64,000 bases of DNA, taken from NCBI GenBank assembly GCA_049303835.1, contig JBAQNN010000004.1:2784-66783 (forward strand). Direction: 5' to 3'. The notes beneath the pieces are model-generated. The model saw nothing but the letters and a program-made list of their open reading frames with translations, ran no database searches and was not told the DNA's origin. This document shows positions 1 through 9,309 of this stretch, one piece after another. This DNA comes from Minisyncoccia bacterium. Its GTDB lineage: Bacteria > Patescibacteriota > Minisyncoccia > Phycocordibacterales > UBA9973. The position numbers and the translations under genes are program-made. How positions within the stretch are numbered: the first letter of the stretch is position 1; each line of letters starts with the position of its first letter.

Positions 1-1
1 G

Positions 2-478
2 TCCAGTCCTTATGAACGCACAAAAGAAACAGCGAAAATTATCGGAGACTATCTTCATCTTAAAGTTAGATATTCAGATTTACTCGCAGAAAGAAAAAAT
101 CCCTCCGGCATCGTCGGACGTGAAGCCGGAGATCGTGAAGTTAGAAAAGTTCTGGATAAAATTGATAAAAGTTATCACGAAGACGATTTGCGAATTGCGG
201 ATGAAGAAAATTTCACCGACCTAAAAAAAAGAGCCCAGAAATTATTGGGCTATATCAGCCGTAGAAACGCGAAGAGAATCATCATGGTGACTCACAGCAG
301 ATTTCTAAAAATGATTATCTCCTATATGTTATACGGGAAAAAACTTACCGCTTCGCAATACAACACTCTTTCTTTTTTTAATAAAATTGATAATGCGGGA
401 ATGGCTATCTGCACCTACAAACACCATTGGCTGAAAAAGAATGAGTGGAAACTCATAGTCTGGAACGACTTAGACTAA
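2..478 (+). CDS. Histidine phosphatase (phosphoglycerate-mutase-like) family protein, 5'-partial. The ORF is open from the window start in frame 2.
   Basis: Continuous frame from nt 2. C-terminal VTHSRFLKMI motif is typical of the histidine phosphatase superfamily. The track ORFs 12..224 and 188..478 are fragments of it. Confidence 0.55.
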   Translation, partial: SSPYERTKETAKIIGDYLHLKVRYSDLLAERKNPSGIVGREAGDREVRKVLDKIDKSYHEDDLRIADEENFTDLKKRAQKLLGYISRRNAKRIIMVTHSRFLKMIISYMLYGKKLTASQYNTLSFFNKIDNAGMAICTYKHHWLKKNEWKLIVWNDLD

Positions 479-573
479 AAACTAAAAAACAGCAAAAGAA
501 TTTTTTGGGATTACTCCAGCCTTCGGCCGGAACCTTCCCCCACAAAATTCTTTTGCTGTTTTTTAAAATTCTT

Positions 574-762
574 TTACTTCATCATTGCTTCCCCATCCGT
601 AGCAGACATAAATTTAAACATATTGCCTCCGCACACACTGCATTGACCTTTCGCGGAATATCGCCCCTTTTCATTCTTGGTGACAACAGGATTACTCATC
701 ACCTGCATCGTCGGCTTGTTATCCGTTCTACACTTCATACACAAAGCTTTTAGTTCTGCCAT
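574..762 (-). CDS. Small zinc-ribbon protein with two CxxC pairs (DUF5679-like)
   Basis: 62 aa with CMKC...CSVCGG; MAELKALC N-terminus resembles small Zn-ribbon proteins common in CPR genomes. Confidence 0.45.
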   Translation of the reverse strand: MAELKALCMKCRTDNKPTMQVMSNPVVTKNEKGRYSAKGQCSVCGGNMFKFMSATDGEAMMK

Positions 763-828
763 AAATATTTTCTCTAACTTACGCCTCTTTCGAGGCTAAT
801 TAATAATATTAGCCTTCTTATTATAGCA

Positions 829-1764
829 TTAATTCCATTTAAAATCACGGCCGAAATGTCCCCAGGCGGAAGTCTCCGCGAATTTTACCTTGTCCAGTTT
901 TAAATATTCACGAATTCCGCGAGGGCTCAAATCGTAGCTAGTGATCGGCTCTTCCACTCCATTTACAATAGCGACTGCCATCACGGGTTCACTTTTCCCT
1001 ATAGCATAAGCGAGTTTAGTATGGACTTCCCTCGCTCCGCGTTTATGTAAAAGTTCCACTGCAATTTTTCGTGCCATATAAGCTCCACTCCTATCTACTT
1101 TTGTGTAATCTTTCCCGGAAAAAGATCCCCCGCCAATAGGAACTTCTGGACCATAATTGTCTATCACAAGCTTTCTGCCCGAGAGCCCCGTATCCGCATC
1201 AAACCCTCCTTGCGTCCATTCTCCTGCGGGATTTATCAAGTATTCATCTGCTTCTATAAAATCTTTTACCAGTTTTAGAAGCTCTTCATTTTTTGTATTC
1301 TGGAAACTCGCCACTACTGTTTTTACCTTATCGTCACCTATCGTCACCTGGGTTTTCCCATCATACGGATACACTTCATAAATTTTTTTACATAAGTCAC
1401 GGGCTAGTACGTATTCCTTCGGCAAGAATTCCGGAGTCTCATTCGTGGCATAGCCTTTCATTATTCCCTGATCCCCCGCCCCACCTAAGTCCACCCCGCG
1501 CGAGATTTCTCTGCTCTGCGCCACAATTTTTGAAATAATTTTATAATCTTTACCGACAATATTTTTTACCAACTTTTCAATATCCACCTTGGCATACGAA
1601 GTCACCTCACCATTGATAGTGATGAGCTCGTGCCCACCCATCACTTCTACTGCTACTCTGCTCTCAATATCGTCTTCCAAATACGCATCCAAAATACTGT
1701 CCGCGATAAAGTCGCAAATTTTATCCGGATGCCCGGGGCTCACAAATTCAGCCGTCTTGATCAT
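829..1764 (-). CDS. metK: S-adenosylmethionine synthetase (short form)
   Basis: GHPDKICD, GAGDQG and GGGSFSGKD motifs; 311 aa short MetK. Confidence 0.9.
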   Translation of the reverse strand: MIKTAEFVSPGHPDKICDFIADSILDAYLEDDIESRVAVEVMGGHELITINGEVTSYAKVDIEKLVKNIVGKDYKIISKIVAQSREISRGVDLGGAGDQGIMKGYATNETPEFLPKEYVLARDLCKKIYEVYPYDGKTQVTIGDDKVKTVVASFQNTKNEELLKLVKDFIEADEYLINPAGEWTQGGFDADTGLSGRKLVIDNYGPEVPIGGGSFSGKDYTKVDRSGAYMARKIAVELLHKRGAREVHTKLAYAIGKSEPVMAVAIVNGVEEPITSYDLSPRGIREYLKLDKVKFAETSAWGHFGRDFKWN

Positions 1765-1774
1765 AATGATTCTT

Positions 1775-1920
1775 AAAACAAAAAATTCCTGGTAATGCAG
1801 GAAATATAAAGACCAATTATCTTTCCCGTTTGGGTTGGAGTTAGCACCCGTTCGAGAGATATTCTCAGGGTTGCTGTGGGGTCACCGAGCCAATTCTCTA
1901 CCACCACTCTTGATACTTAT
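1775..1920 (-). promoter_or_regulatory. SAM-I (S-box) riboswitch in the metK leader, with terminator hairpin
   Basis: Minus-strand sequence ..TATCAAGAGTGGTGGTAGAGAATTGGCTCGGTGACCCCACAGCAACC...GGTGCTAACTCC.. matches the S-box consensus. It is followed by hairpin TTCCTGcattacCAGGAA plus a T-run 10 nt before the metK ATG. Confidence 0.8.
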
Positions 1921-1985
1921 TAAGTTGTAAATACATTATAGCACTATTTTGTTTTTAAACCAGATTATTTTTATTCCACAATTTA

Positions 1986-2060
1986 TTCTTAAGCAAGAAC
2001 GGTTCTTCTTAAGCAAGAACGGTTCTTGCTGATTCGGTTCTTGCTGATTACTTGCTGATT
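1986..2060. repeat. Short tandem repeats (2x ~19-nt CTTAAGCAAGAACGGTT units, then 3x CTTGCTGATT units)
   Basis: Direct reading of sequence 1986-2060. Confidence 0.6.
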
Positions 2061-2071
2061 ATTAAAAGAAT

Positions 2072-2425
2072 TTAGTCTAAATGTATGTGTATTTTGTGCT
2101 CCCTTATCTTTGATGCTTCAGCTAAAGCTTCCGAAATTTCTTTTAAATGAGAACGAATCATTTCGTTTGGAATATGCATTGTATTATAACCATTTTTATG
2201 AGAATAATAACCACGACCCAAATCCGCCAAAATCTGGCGAGGGTCTGTAAGGTGTTTAATTCCATCAACTTCTATATTTAATTTTGCCCTAGGAATTGCT
2301 AAATCTACATGTTTATACCCATTATTTAATTCCACATAAACAAGAATGCCTTTTTGTTCCAAAGCTTCTTTTAGATCTTTAGCTTCCTTGGTTGGAATTG
2401 GATATTTATTTATTATTTTTAGCAT
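2072..2425 (-). CDS. DUF559-like endonuclease-domain protein (Vsr/restriction-endonuclease-like fold)
   Basis: 117 aa; HVDLAIPRAKLNIEVDGIKH resembles the DUF559 core. Adjacent to the R-M genes. Confidence 0.45.
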   Translation of the reverse strand: MLKIINKYPIPTKEAKDLKEALEQKGILVYVELNNGYKHVDLAIPRAKLNIEVDGIKHLTDPRQILADLGRGYYSHKNGYNTMHIPNEMIRSHLKEISEALAEASKIREHKIHIHLD

Positions 2426-2426
2426 T

Positions 2427-2858
2427 TTATTTTTTTAACAAAGTAAAATACGGCAATTTATCTATCCCAACATAATTAAACATTTTGTAATTGGCACGGC
2501 GAGCTGTTGAAGAGAGTTGATGTTTTTTTAGGTTTGTTTTGGGGACAAATGGATAAAATCTAATTTCTTGGTGAATTTCTGATTTTTCAGACCATTTGAA
2601 ATTTACTATAAGAGAAGGCACAAGGAAACCTGATTTCAAAACTTTTTCTATAATATCCCAACCTGCCCCAAAAATTGTAGATTTTGGTTTGGAATTGTTT
2701 GTCTTAACTTGTGCCCGAAAATTACATCCGACACACTGCACATCGTAAAGGGGGTAATTCTTAGGTAAGAGCATTAATTTTTTTGAACAATTTGGACACG
2801 GAATAAATTTTACCACTTCTGTCTCCCCAGCATCGCCTGATTCTTTGTTTCTAGACAT
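2427..2858 (-). CDS. Zinc-ribbon hypothetical protein
   Basis: CPNC...CVGC pairs; 1-bp spacing to downstream DUF559 gene suggests co-transcription. Confidence 0.4.
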   Translation of the reverse strand: MSRNKESGDAGETEVVKFIPCPNCSKKLMLLPKNYPLYDVQCVGCNFRAQVKTNNSKPKSTIFGAGWDIIEKVLKSGFLVPSLIVNFKWSEKSEIHQEIRFYPFVPKTNLKKHQLSSTARRANYKMFNYVGIDKLPYFTLLKK

Positions 2859-3046
2859 ATCCGTATTAGATCATTTTTAGATCTAGGGTGCAAACGGAGA
2901 AACAATTTTAACAAAATCCAAATACAAATTCTTTGGATTACAGCCTCACAACTTGCCAAAAATATTATACTTCAGTCTAATATTAAATTGGGTATAACTT
3001 TTCCTTGTTTAGGTTATCGTTAGGTATTATAATTAATGGCATCAAT

Positions 3047-4216
3047 ATGCCAAATTTATTAAATTCACAACTTACAAAAAAGCAGGCTGAAGTGTTTGGT
3101 TACTTGGAGAAATTTCAGCAAAAAGAAAAATATTCCCCTGCCCTGAAAAATGTGGCAGACCATTTTGATGTTTCCGTACCCACCATTTTTCAACACGTAG
3201 ATTATTTAGAAAGAAAGGGATATCTAGTGAAAGAAAAAGGAGTAAAGTACTCTATTCGATTATTAAAAAAGCTGAGTGATATTGCTCTGGTTTTTCCCCA
3301 AGAAGAAGTTCAATCTGAGATTGAAACAACAAAATACAAAAAATTACCTTTAAATAAAATTATATTGGGCGATGCACTCGTTGAGTTAAAAAAACTTCCT
3401 AGCGAATCCTGCGACGTAATTGTAATTGACCCCCCTTACAACATTGGAAAGGATTTCGGTAATAATATTGATAAAAGAGAAATGGGAGAATATGTTTCTT
3501 GGTGCAAGGAGTGGATCAACCAGTGTATCCGAGTCATGAAACCAAATGGAACGATGTTTATTTATGGTTTCAGCGAAATATTGGCATATCTTTCAGTTGA
3601 AATCCCAATAAACAAAAGATGGCTCATCTGGCACTATACAAATAAAAATGTAGCTTCATTGCATTTTTGGCAAAGGAGTCACGAGTCCATAATCTGTGCT
3701 TGGAAGGAAAAGCCTGTTTTTAATCGTGATGAGGTGCGAGAGCCTTACACAGAAGGATTTTTAAATGGCGCAGCAGGAAAAACTAGAAAAGGTACAATCG
3801 GTAGATTCAGTTCAAGCGGAAAAGAGACAACCTATAATGCCCACGCAGGTGGTGCCCTCCCCCGAGATGTAATTAAAATACCAGCTTTGGCTGGTGGAGC
3901 GGGAATGAATGAAAGATGGTTTATGTGTAAAACCTGTAAAAATATTTTTGCGCCTAGAGAATTGAAAAACCATGTAGATCATGAGATTGAAAAACATCCA
4001 ACTCAAAAACCTTTTGAATTATCAAAAAAACTAATTTTATCTGCCACTCCTAAAAAGGATGGTGTAATTTTAGTACCATTTGTCGGTACTGGTTCAGAAT
4101 GTGCCGCGGCAAAAGCACTGGGGCAAAATTATATTGGTTTCGAAATAAATCCTGATTATGTAAAAATGGCAGAAAAATATATAGCTTCAGTAGAAGTTAC
4201 ATCAAGGTTATTTTGA
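3047..4216 (+). CDS. Site-specific DNA methyltransferase (beta-class N6A/N4C, DPPY) with N-terminal LexA-like wHTH and internal CxxC Zn-finger insertion
   Basis: DPPYN motif IV precedes the FVGTGSE motif I (beta-class order). The N-terminus resembles the LexA DNA-binding domain. CKTCKN...H...H insertion. ATG at 3047. Confidence 0.8.
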   Translation: MPNLLNSQLTKKQAEVFGYLEKFQQKEKYSPALKNVADHFDVSVPTIFQHVDYLERKGYLVKEKGVKYSIRLLKKLSDIALVFPQEEVQSEIETTKYKKLPLNKIILGDALVELKKLPSESCDVIVIDPPYNIGKDFGNNIDKREMGEYVSWCKEWINQCIRVMKPNGTMFIYGFSEILAYLSVEIPINKRWLIWHYTNKNVASLHFWQRSHESIICAWKEKPVFNRDEVREPYTEGFLNGAAGKTRKGTIGRFSSSGKETTYNAHAGGALPRDVIKIPALAGGAGMNERWFMCKTCKNIFAPRELKNHVDHEIEKHPTQKPFELSKKLILSATPKKDGVILVPFVGTGSECAAAKALGQNYIGFEINPDYVKMAEKYIASVEVTSRLF

Positions 4217-4903
4217 GTCAATTGCTTTCTTATTTTTTAAAAAAACATAGGGAGTAAAAACAACAAAGCCATTTGGAAATCTTTCTAGTTCTTTATTGTC
4301 TATGAATCTTTTATATGGGAGTTTGTATTCACCGTCCTTTTTTCTTGGATTATCAAAATATTCACTACTTGGAACTTCGTAATTAATATCAATGAATTCG
4401 CCATCTATTTGTTTTTTCACTCCCCCCTTCCCACGTCTCACTTCTCCACTAAATGATTTCTTTTTTACTTGATAGTTTAAAGTTTTTCCTTTGTATTTAA
4501 CTTGAAAATCAGCTCCCTGATGGTCCAACTCGCCTGACATCATTACTGAACCATCTCCAAAAACTGATTCAGCAACATAACCAGCATGGATTTGGGTAAT
4601 AATACTTGCCCAGGTACGATAAATTCTTGCGGGAAGCCCACGGTAATAGCAATCTTTACACATTGTTATTTTTTGTCGAAAAGATTCAATTTCAGTTTTT
4701 TGCGAATTTAAATACGCTTCGTAAAAGTCTTCAAAAGTTAAAAACTTTTTTTGATTCCAATACACTTCATAAAGCATATTGATAGCCTGAACCTCTTTCG
4801 GTAAATCCATTTCCACAATTTTAATAGGCCTGAATTTTTCGCGATAACTTGTCAGATCAACCGCTTTCAAAAAAGCATTAAATTTTTCCAAATTTTTCAT
4901 CAT
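4208..4903 (-). CDS. Putative Type II restriction endonuclease partner (candidate PD-(D/E)xK: GELD...FQVK)
   Basis: Convergent with the MTase, overlapping it by 9 bp. No recognisable housekeeping homology. Candidate D...QxK catalytic motif. Confidence 0.35.
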   Translation of the reverse strand: MMKNLEKFNAFLKAVDLTSYREKFRPIKIVEMDLPKEVQAINMLYEVYWNQKKFLTFEDFYEAYLNSQKTEIESFRQKITMCKDCYYRGLPARIYRTWASIITQIHAGYVAESVFGDGSVMMSGELDHQGADFQVKYKGKTLNYQVKKKSFSGEVRRGKGGVKKQIDGEFIDINYEVPSSEYFDNPRKKDGEYKLPYKRFIDNKELERFPNGFVVFTPYVFLKNKKAIDSK

Positions 4904-4954
4904 AATTGGACGATTATACCATATTTCAAGAAAATTTTCAACCCATTATTCTAT

Positions 4955-5686
4955 CTATATCTCTTCCACCCTAAAAGTAACTTTGTAGTTTTTGAATGGA
5001 ACGGGGTTGCTCGCTAGAGGAAAAGGAGAACTGGAAACCAAAGAAACTTTCCAGGTATCAAATCCTCGTGGGGTATCTGTGTCGGCGATGTTTATCGTCT
5101 CTTGATCTGTGTCGGACTTTAAGGTGACATTCGCGACAATTTTCCCGGCTTGGATGCAAGTGGCATCTGCGGGACAACGGCTATCTTCCAGAATTTTATT
5201 TAAGGTGATGCGCACACCATTTATATATTTAGTCTCACCTACTCCAACGGCGCCAGTAGTGACTACTTCGGGCGTAGTTTCTTCTATCATATCCACTTCC
5301 AAAATATTTCCCGTAGTAAATGCGCCCTTTACTTTTACGTTTTTATTTAACAAAGTTCCAAGGACGTTGCTTATCCTGGAGAATTTTAGAGGCATGGAAT
5401 AAGAAGCCCCAAACCCCGAATCCTCCGGAGCGGCTACTACCAAGAAATATTCTGCACCCTGCTGGTTGAGCTTGCCGGTAAATGATTCCTTATTCTGGCA
5501 AGCTTCAAATTCACATTTTGGACCGGACCTGCCGACACCTGACCCATCCGGACAAATGAGCGCATCCATGGTGCAGAAGTTTTGCTCTTCTACCTGCTCG
5601 GGTCCTTCAGCTTTTGGAATAAAGACGAAATAAGAGAGAGCACCTACTGCTAATAATATTAAAATAATGATATAAATTTTTTTCAT
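4955..5686 (-). CDS. Secreted/lipoprotein-like hypothetical, Cys-rich N-terminal region
   Basis: Signal peptide/TM MKKIYIIILILLAVGAL; no known motif. Confidence 0.4.
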   Translation of the reverse strand: MKKIYIIILILLAVGALSYFVFIPKAEGPEQVEEQNFCTMDALICPDGSGVGRSGPKCEFEACQNKESFTGKLNQQGAEYFLVVAAPEDSGFGASYSMPLKFSRISNVLGTLLNKNVKVKGAFTTGNILEVDMIEETTPEVVTTGAVGVGETKYINGVRITLNKILEDSRCPADATCIQAGKIVANVTLKSDTDQETINIADTDTPRGFDTWKVSLVSSSPFPLASNPVPFKNYKVTFRVEEI

Positions 5687-5767
5687 ATCCGGATATTATA
5701 GCAGAAAGGCAATGCCCCGCAAAACAGCTGTTTTGCGGGGCATTTTAGGCTAATTTTACTGTATCTT

Positions 5768-6610
5768 TTACCAATCTATCGCATCTATCGCTTCGTCGGC
5801 GAGGTCTATGGCTTCGTCGGCCAAGTCTTCGGCGTCATCATAATTCTCGTCGTCAAACTCATCTTCGGCGTCATCCAGGGTATCCTCGGCATCATTAAGT
5901 AAATCTTCCGCTTCATCCACGTCAGCGCCATCATCATCCGCATCGTTTATCTCATCGCGAGCGTCGTCTATGACATCACGCGCATCATCTATCGCATCCT
6001 CGGCGTCGTTTTCATCTCCGTCTCCACCATCTACATCATCAAAAGCATCCTCGGCATTTTCAAAAGCGTCATCAGCTTTGTCATATGCTTCGTCGTAATC
6101 TTGGTCAACATAGAAAGCGATGACGGCATCCCAAATATCATCCTCTGCTTCTTCCAGACTGTCTTCCGCGGAGCTAGTGTTTTTATTTGAATCATCAATC
6201 TCGTCTCGTGCATCTTCTATCATCACGAATGCTTCTCCTATCCTCATGGCTGCCCTCTCTTTTTCACTATCTTCCCAGACAAATTGAGAACCGAGCACTT
6301 GCCCGCCCACATATCCACCAGTCAATTCAAAATATTTGGCTCTAGAAGTTGAGTCAAAAGCTCCATAAGCTGGAAGACCATAGTTTGCTTGCCAGAGCAT
6401 AACTGACTGCGCAGTTCGTGGACCAAAAACACCGTCCGGATAGCTCATGCCATAGCCTGAATTGGTCAAATATTGCTGCAGACAACGTACATCTTCGCCC
6501 CTTGTACCTTGCATCAAATCACGAGAAAAGCCACAGGAAGACGCATCGGCGTTAAAAGCAAAGAGCACTATAACTGCAAAAAATAATACCTTAAATATGT
6601 GTGTTTTCAT
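5768..6610 (-). CDS. Secreted peptidoglycan-binding (PG_binding_1-like) protein with extremely acidic D/E-rich repetitive C-terminal half
   Basis: Signal peptide. GTRGEDVRCLQQYL...GVFGPRTAQSV resembles the PG-binding domain. ~150-aa tail of DDAEDxxDDA-type repeats. Confidence 0.55.
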   Translation of the reverse strand: MKTHIFKVLFFAVIVLFAFNADASSCGFSRDLMQGTRGEDVRCLQQYLTNSGYGMSYPDGVFGPRTAQSVMLWQANYGLPAYGAFDSTSRAKYFELTGGYVGGQVLGSQFVWEDSEKERAAMRIGEAFVMIEDARDEIDDSNKNTSSAEDSLEEAEDDIWDAVIAFYVDQDYDEAYDKADDAFENAEDAFDDVDGGDGDENDAEDAIDDARDVIDDARDEINDADDDGADVDEAEDLLNDAEDTLDDAEDEFDDENYDDAEDLADEAIDLADEAIDAIDW

Positions 6611-6656
6611 AGTTTTTATTCGTTAGGGTTTGTAATACCCCCATACTACTCCTATT

Positions 6657-7394
6657 TTATTTTTTGACAAATCCCTCTAGCGCCTTTATCGCTTCTACTG
6701 GAACCATATATACTACGGTATTACTTTGGTCTGAAGACATATCATTTATGGATTGGAGAGTTCGGAGGTGAAGGGCACCTGGAGTTTTGGCCATTACTTC
6801 GGCAGCTTTTGCTATATTTTGAGAAGCAGCAAGTTCTCCTTCGGAGTTGATGATGACAGCCCTCTTCTCCCTCTCCGCTTCAGCTTGCTTACCTATCGTT
6901 CTCTCCATCTCTGCAGGGAGACTGACGTCTTTTAATTCCACGTTCTGAACTTTCAGACCCCAGGCATCTGTTTCTTTGTCCACTATCTCTCTGATTCTGT
7001 CAGCTATTTTATCTCTACTGGAAAGCAATTCATCCAAGGTGACTTCACCTACGATATTTCTCATCGTAGTCTGGGCGTATTGAGAGATGGCATACCTAAA
7101 ATCTTCCACTTCAATAATCGCTTTCTCGGCATCACTAACTTTGTAATAAATAACAGCGTTTACTTTCACTGTGACGTTGTCTCTCGTGATGGCGTTTTGA
7201 TCCGGAACATCTACGGCCTTCACTCTGATATCTACTTTCTGAGAACTCTGAATAATGGGCCAGACTATCCTCCAGCCAGGTTCCATGATAGAAGTAAATT
7301 TACCGAAGGTGAATTTCACTCCTCTTTGATATTGATTTATTTGACGAACACTGATAATCACCAAAACAATAAGCCCGTAAATTACGTATGTCAT
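6657..7394 (-). CDS. SPFH/band-7 (stomatin/HflC-like) membrane protein
   Basis: N-terminal TM followed by a typical SPFH core and a coiled-coil EAEREKRA region. Confidence 0.8.
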   Translation of the reverse strand: MTYVIYGLIVLVIISVRQINQYQRGVKFTFGKFTSIMEPGWRIVWPIIQSSQKVDIRVKAVDVPDQNAITRDNVTVKVNAVIYYKVSDAEKAIIEVEDFRYAISQYAQTTMRNIVGEVTLDELLSSRDKIADRIREIVDKETDAWGLKVQNVELKDVSLPAEMERTIGKQAEAEREKRAVIINSEGELAASQNIAKAAEVMAKTPGALHLRTLQSINDMSSDQSNTVVYMVPVEAIKALEGFVKK

Positions 7395-7452
7395 AAAACT
7401 AATTTAAATTAAAATTTTTTATAATACTCGTATTTTAACACAAAAAATAAAG

Positions 7453-7680
7453 CTAATCCTCTACCACCAAAAGCTTGCTAGGGTGTCGGTGGCCGTTGAT
7501 TATCCTTACTTTATTAACTGACACTTTAAAGTGTTCCGCCACAAGGGCCAAGACGCGAGAATTCGCCATGTTGTGCTCCGCTTTTTCTTTAACTGAAACT
7601 TCAAAATGATCTACAGATTTTTTCTTCTGTTTAAAAGATTCTTTTTTGGCACCTGCTATAACTTTGGTGTGGATATACAT
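7453..7680 (-). CDS. DUF167 (YggU-like) protein
   Basis: GAKKE..V.V.E.A..NMAN..VLALVAEHFKVSVNKVRIINGHRHPSKLL is typical of the UPF0235/DUF167 family. Confidence 0.6.
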   Translation of the reverse strand: MYIHTKVIAGAKKESFKQKKKSVDHFEVSVKEKAEHNMANSRVLALVAEHFKVSVNKVRIINGHRHPSKLLVVED

Positions 7681-7689
7681 CCGTCAAAA

Positions 7690-7980
7690 CTATTTACCGA
7701 GCGGTTCTTCTCCCTCAAATTCAGAGATACCTTCCTCTCCTAAAGCTTCTCCAGTATCCAAGGCCTCTTCTTTATATACTAAGCCATTTTCAGCGGTACA
7801 CTCTCTTGGTGTGCCTTCTCTGACCGGGAACCCTGCTCGAGCACATTCTTCAAAATTTGTGACTATTGTGGTCGTCTCTTCATCTTCGGACTTTAAATCC
7901 AAATACATGAGATACCCTAAAATAGCCAAAATTACTACCCCTACTATAATCCACAATGTTTTATTGCTTTTTTCTTCCAT
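7690..7980 (-). CDS. Small membrane-anchored acidic protein
   Basis: TM helix followed by an acidic C-terminus. Confidence 0.35.
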   Translation of the reverse strand: MEEKSNKTLWIIVGVVILAILGYLMYLDLKSEDEETTTIVTNFEECARAGFPVREGTPRECTAENGLVYKEEALDTGEALGEEGISEFEGEEPLGK

Positions 7981-8014
7981 AAAATTAATGATTTTAATTA
8001 ATTGATAATACCCC

Positions 8015-8980
8015 CTATATTATATCACATTTTAACTTGAGCTCCTCTATATCTGACGCAGTCAGGGTCTGTTCATTACCTTGATTGAAACTATACATGA
8101 CGGCCTTGGGGTCTTCTACGTGCCCCAGCCCAAGCGCATGGCCGAGCTCGTGTGCTAACACTCTGACCAATTTATCTCTGTTGCTAAATTCATAAATATC
8201 TATCTGCCTACTTAAGCCTTCTTCTATATAGACACCCTCCTCAAACGATTCTCCGCGAGAAGCACCGATAGTATTGTATTTTTCCACCACCAAGTTGAGG
8301 GTAGCAGCCAGACGATTCAAAACCACTACCATGGAATTTATCTCCTCCACCATTTCGTTAATATTTTTTTGTAATGCCTGCAATTTGGATACCTCTCTAT
8401 CTAGTGCAACTCTCTCATCCTCCAGTTTTTCATATTCTTCAGCTGGAGCTCCTCCTCTCTTGTTCCAATATCGTACTTGTTCTTCATAAACCTTCTGCCT
8501 TTTATTGAAACTCTCTACCCGTGCGTCATAATCAATCTTCGCCAGATCAAATTTCTTTTTTAAAATATCCAGTTTGGTCCGAAGCATATCGTACGAAGCA
8601 CGGTTGTCTTTGACGACGATGCCTAAACTGGCTAGTTTGCTTGTGGCTTGTTGCCTGTAATCATAAATTAAATTTATTTTTAAAGTATTAGAAGCGGAGC
8701 TGGTCGGCTCATAAGTAAAAAGTTCCACCCCGGCAGATTTTTCCCAAATGGCTTCCGCGTCGGAAAGAGCGCTCAAAAAATACGTTTTAGAAATATTAAA
8801 TTCTTTGTCAAAAGTATTGAGAACATATGCTATGGGCTCTTCGCAGGGTGCTTTAGAAAAAAGATATAGCTTTGCATTGTTCCAAACGGGCAAAAGTCGT
8901 GCGGCTAAAACATCTCTGTATTGATATATCAACACCATCGCCACAACAATTAATATTATATTTAGTAAAAATCTTTTCAT
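8015..8980 (-). CDS. Membrane-anchored metzincin-type Zn metalloprotease (HExxHxxGxxH with Met-turn) and coiled-coil region
   Basis: LAHELGHALGLGHVEDPKAVMY near the C-terminus. True start taken at MKRFLL (ATG 8978-8980). The track ORF extends spuriously into the GC island. Confidence 0.6.
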   Translation of the reverse strand: MKRFLLNIILIVVAMVLIYQYRDVLAARLLPVWNNAKLYLFSKAPCEEPIAYVLNTFDKEFNISKTYFLSALSDAEAIWEKSAGVELFTYEPTSSASNTLKINLIYDYRQQATSKLASLGIVVKDNRASYDMLRTKLDILKKKFDLAKIDYDARVESFNKRQKVYEEQVRYWNKRGGAPAEEYEKLEDERVALDREVSKLQALQKNINEMVEEINSMVVVLNRLAATLNLVVEKYNTIGASRGESFEEGVYIEEGLSRQIDIYEFSNRDKLVRVLAHELGHALGLGHVEDPKAVMYSFNQGNEQTLTASDIEELKLKCDII

Positions 8981-9033
8981 GATATGTGGCGTTAAGCTCG
9001 TAGTTATATGAAAATCATACCATAAACAATCAT

Positions 9034-9067
9034 GCGCCGGCACGAGTTTAAGTACTCGTGCCGGCGC
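9034..9067 (-). terminator. GC-rich 13-bp stem hairpin, candidate intrinsic terminator of the sORF
   Basis: GCGCCGGCACGAG-tttaagta-CTCGTGCCGGCGC; T-rich run follows on the minus strand. Confidence 0.45.
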
Positions 9068-9078
9068 GATTCCCTTCG

Positions 9079-9309
9079 CTAACAGAAATGTGGGCCATCG
9101 GCCCGAACGCCGTGCCACGGCTCGCTGGTCCTTGCGGCCACTTCCCTGGCTTTCTCTTCGGTCTCCCCGAAGACGGCCGTGCAGGCATGCCTGCCTACTC
9201 CCTTCGTCACGTAAAAGGCCGCCCATCCCATAGCAGTGACCTTGGTCACAACTCCGCCTTCCTCCAAGATGGACGCCTCTTCCGGAGAAAACTCCAATTT
9301 TTCGCTCAT
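9079..9309 (-). CDS. 76-aa sORF of unknown function in a GC-rich (~58% GC by eye) cassette
   Basis: Strong SD (GGAAGGAG-6nt-ATG) and downstream terminator hairpin. Codon usage is strongly GC-biased relative to neighbours. Confidence 0.45.
   Translation of the reverse strand: MSEKLEFSPEEASILEEGGVVTKVTAMGWAAFYVTKGVGRHACTAVFGETEEKAREVAARTSEPWHGVRADGPHFC

Noticed and set aside
8981-9226. N-terminal extension of the track ORF 8015..9226 (MGGLLRDEGS...)
   Set aside because: The Arg/Gly-rich extension runs through the GC island in the wrong context. The real start is the ATG at 8980 (MKRFLL with a TM).
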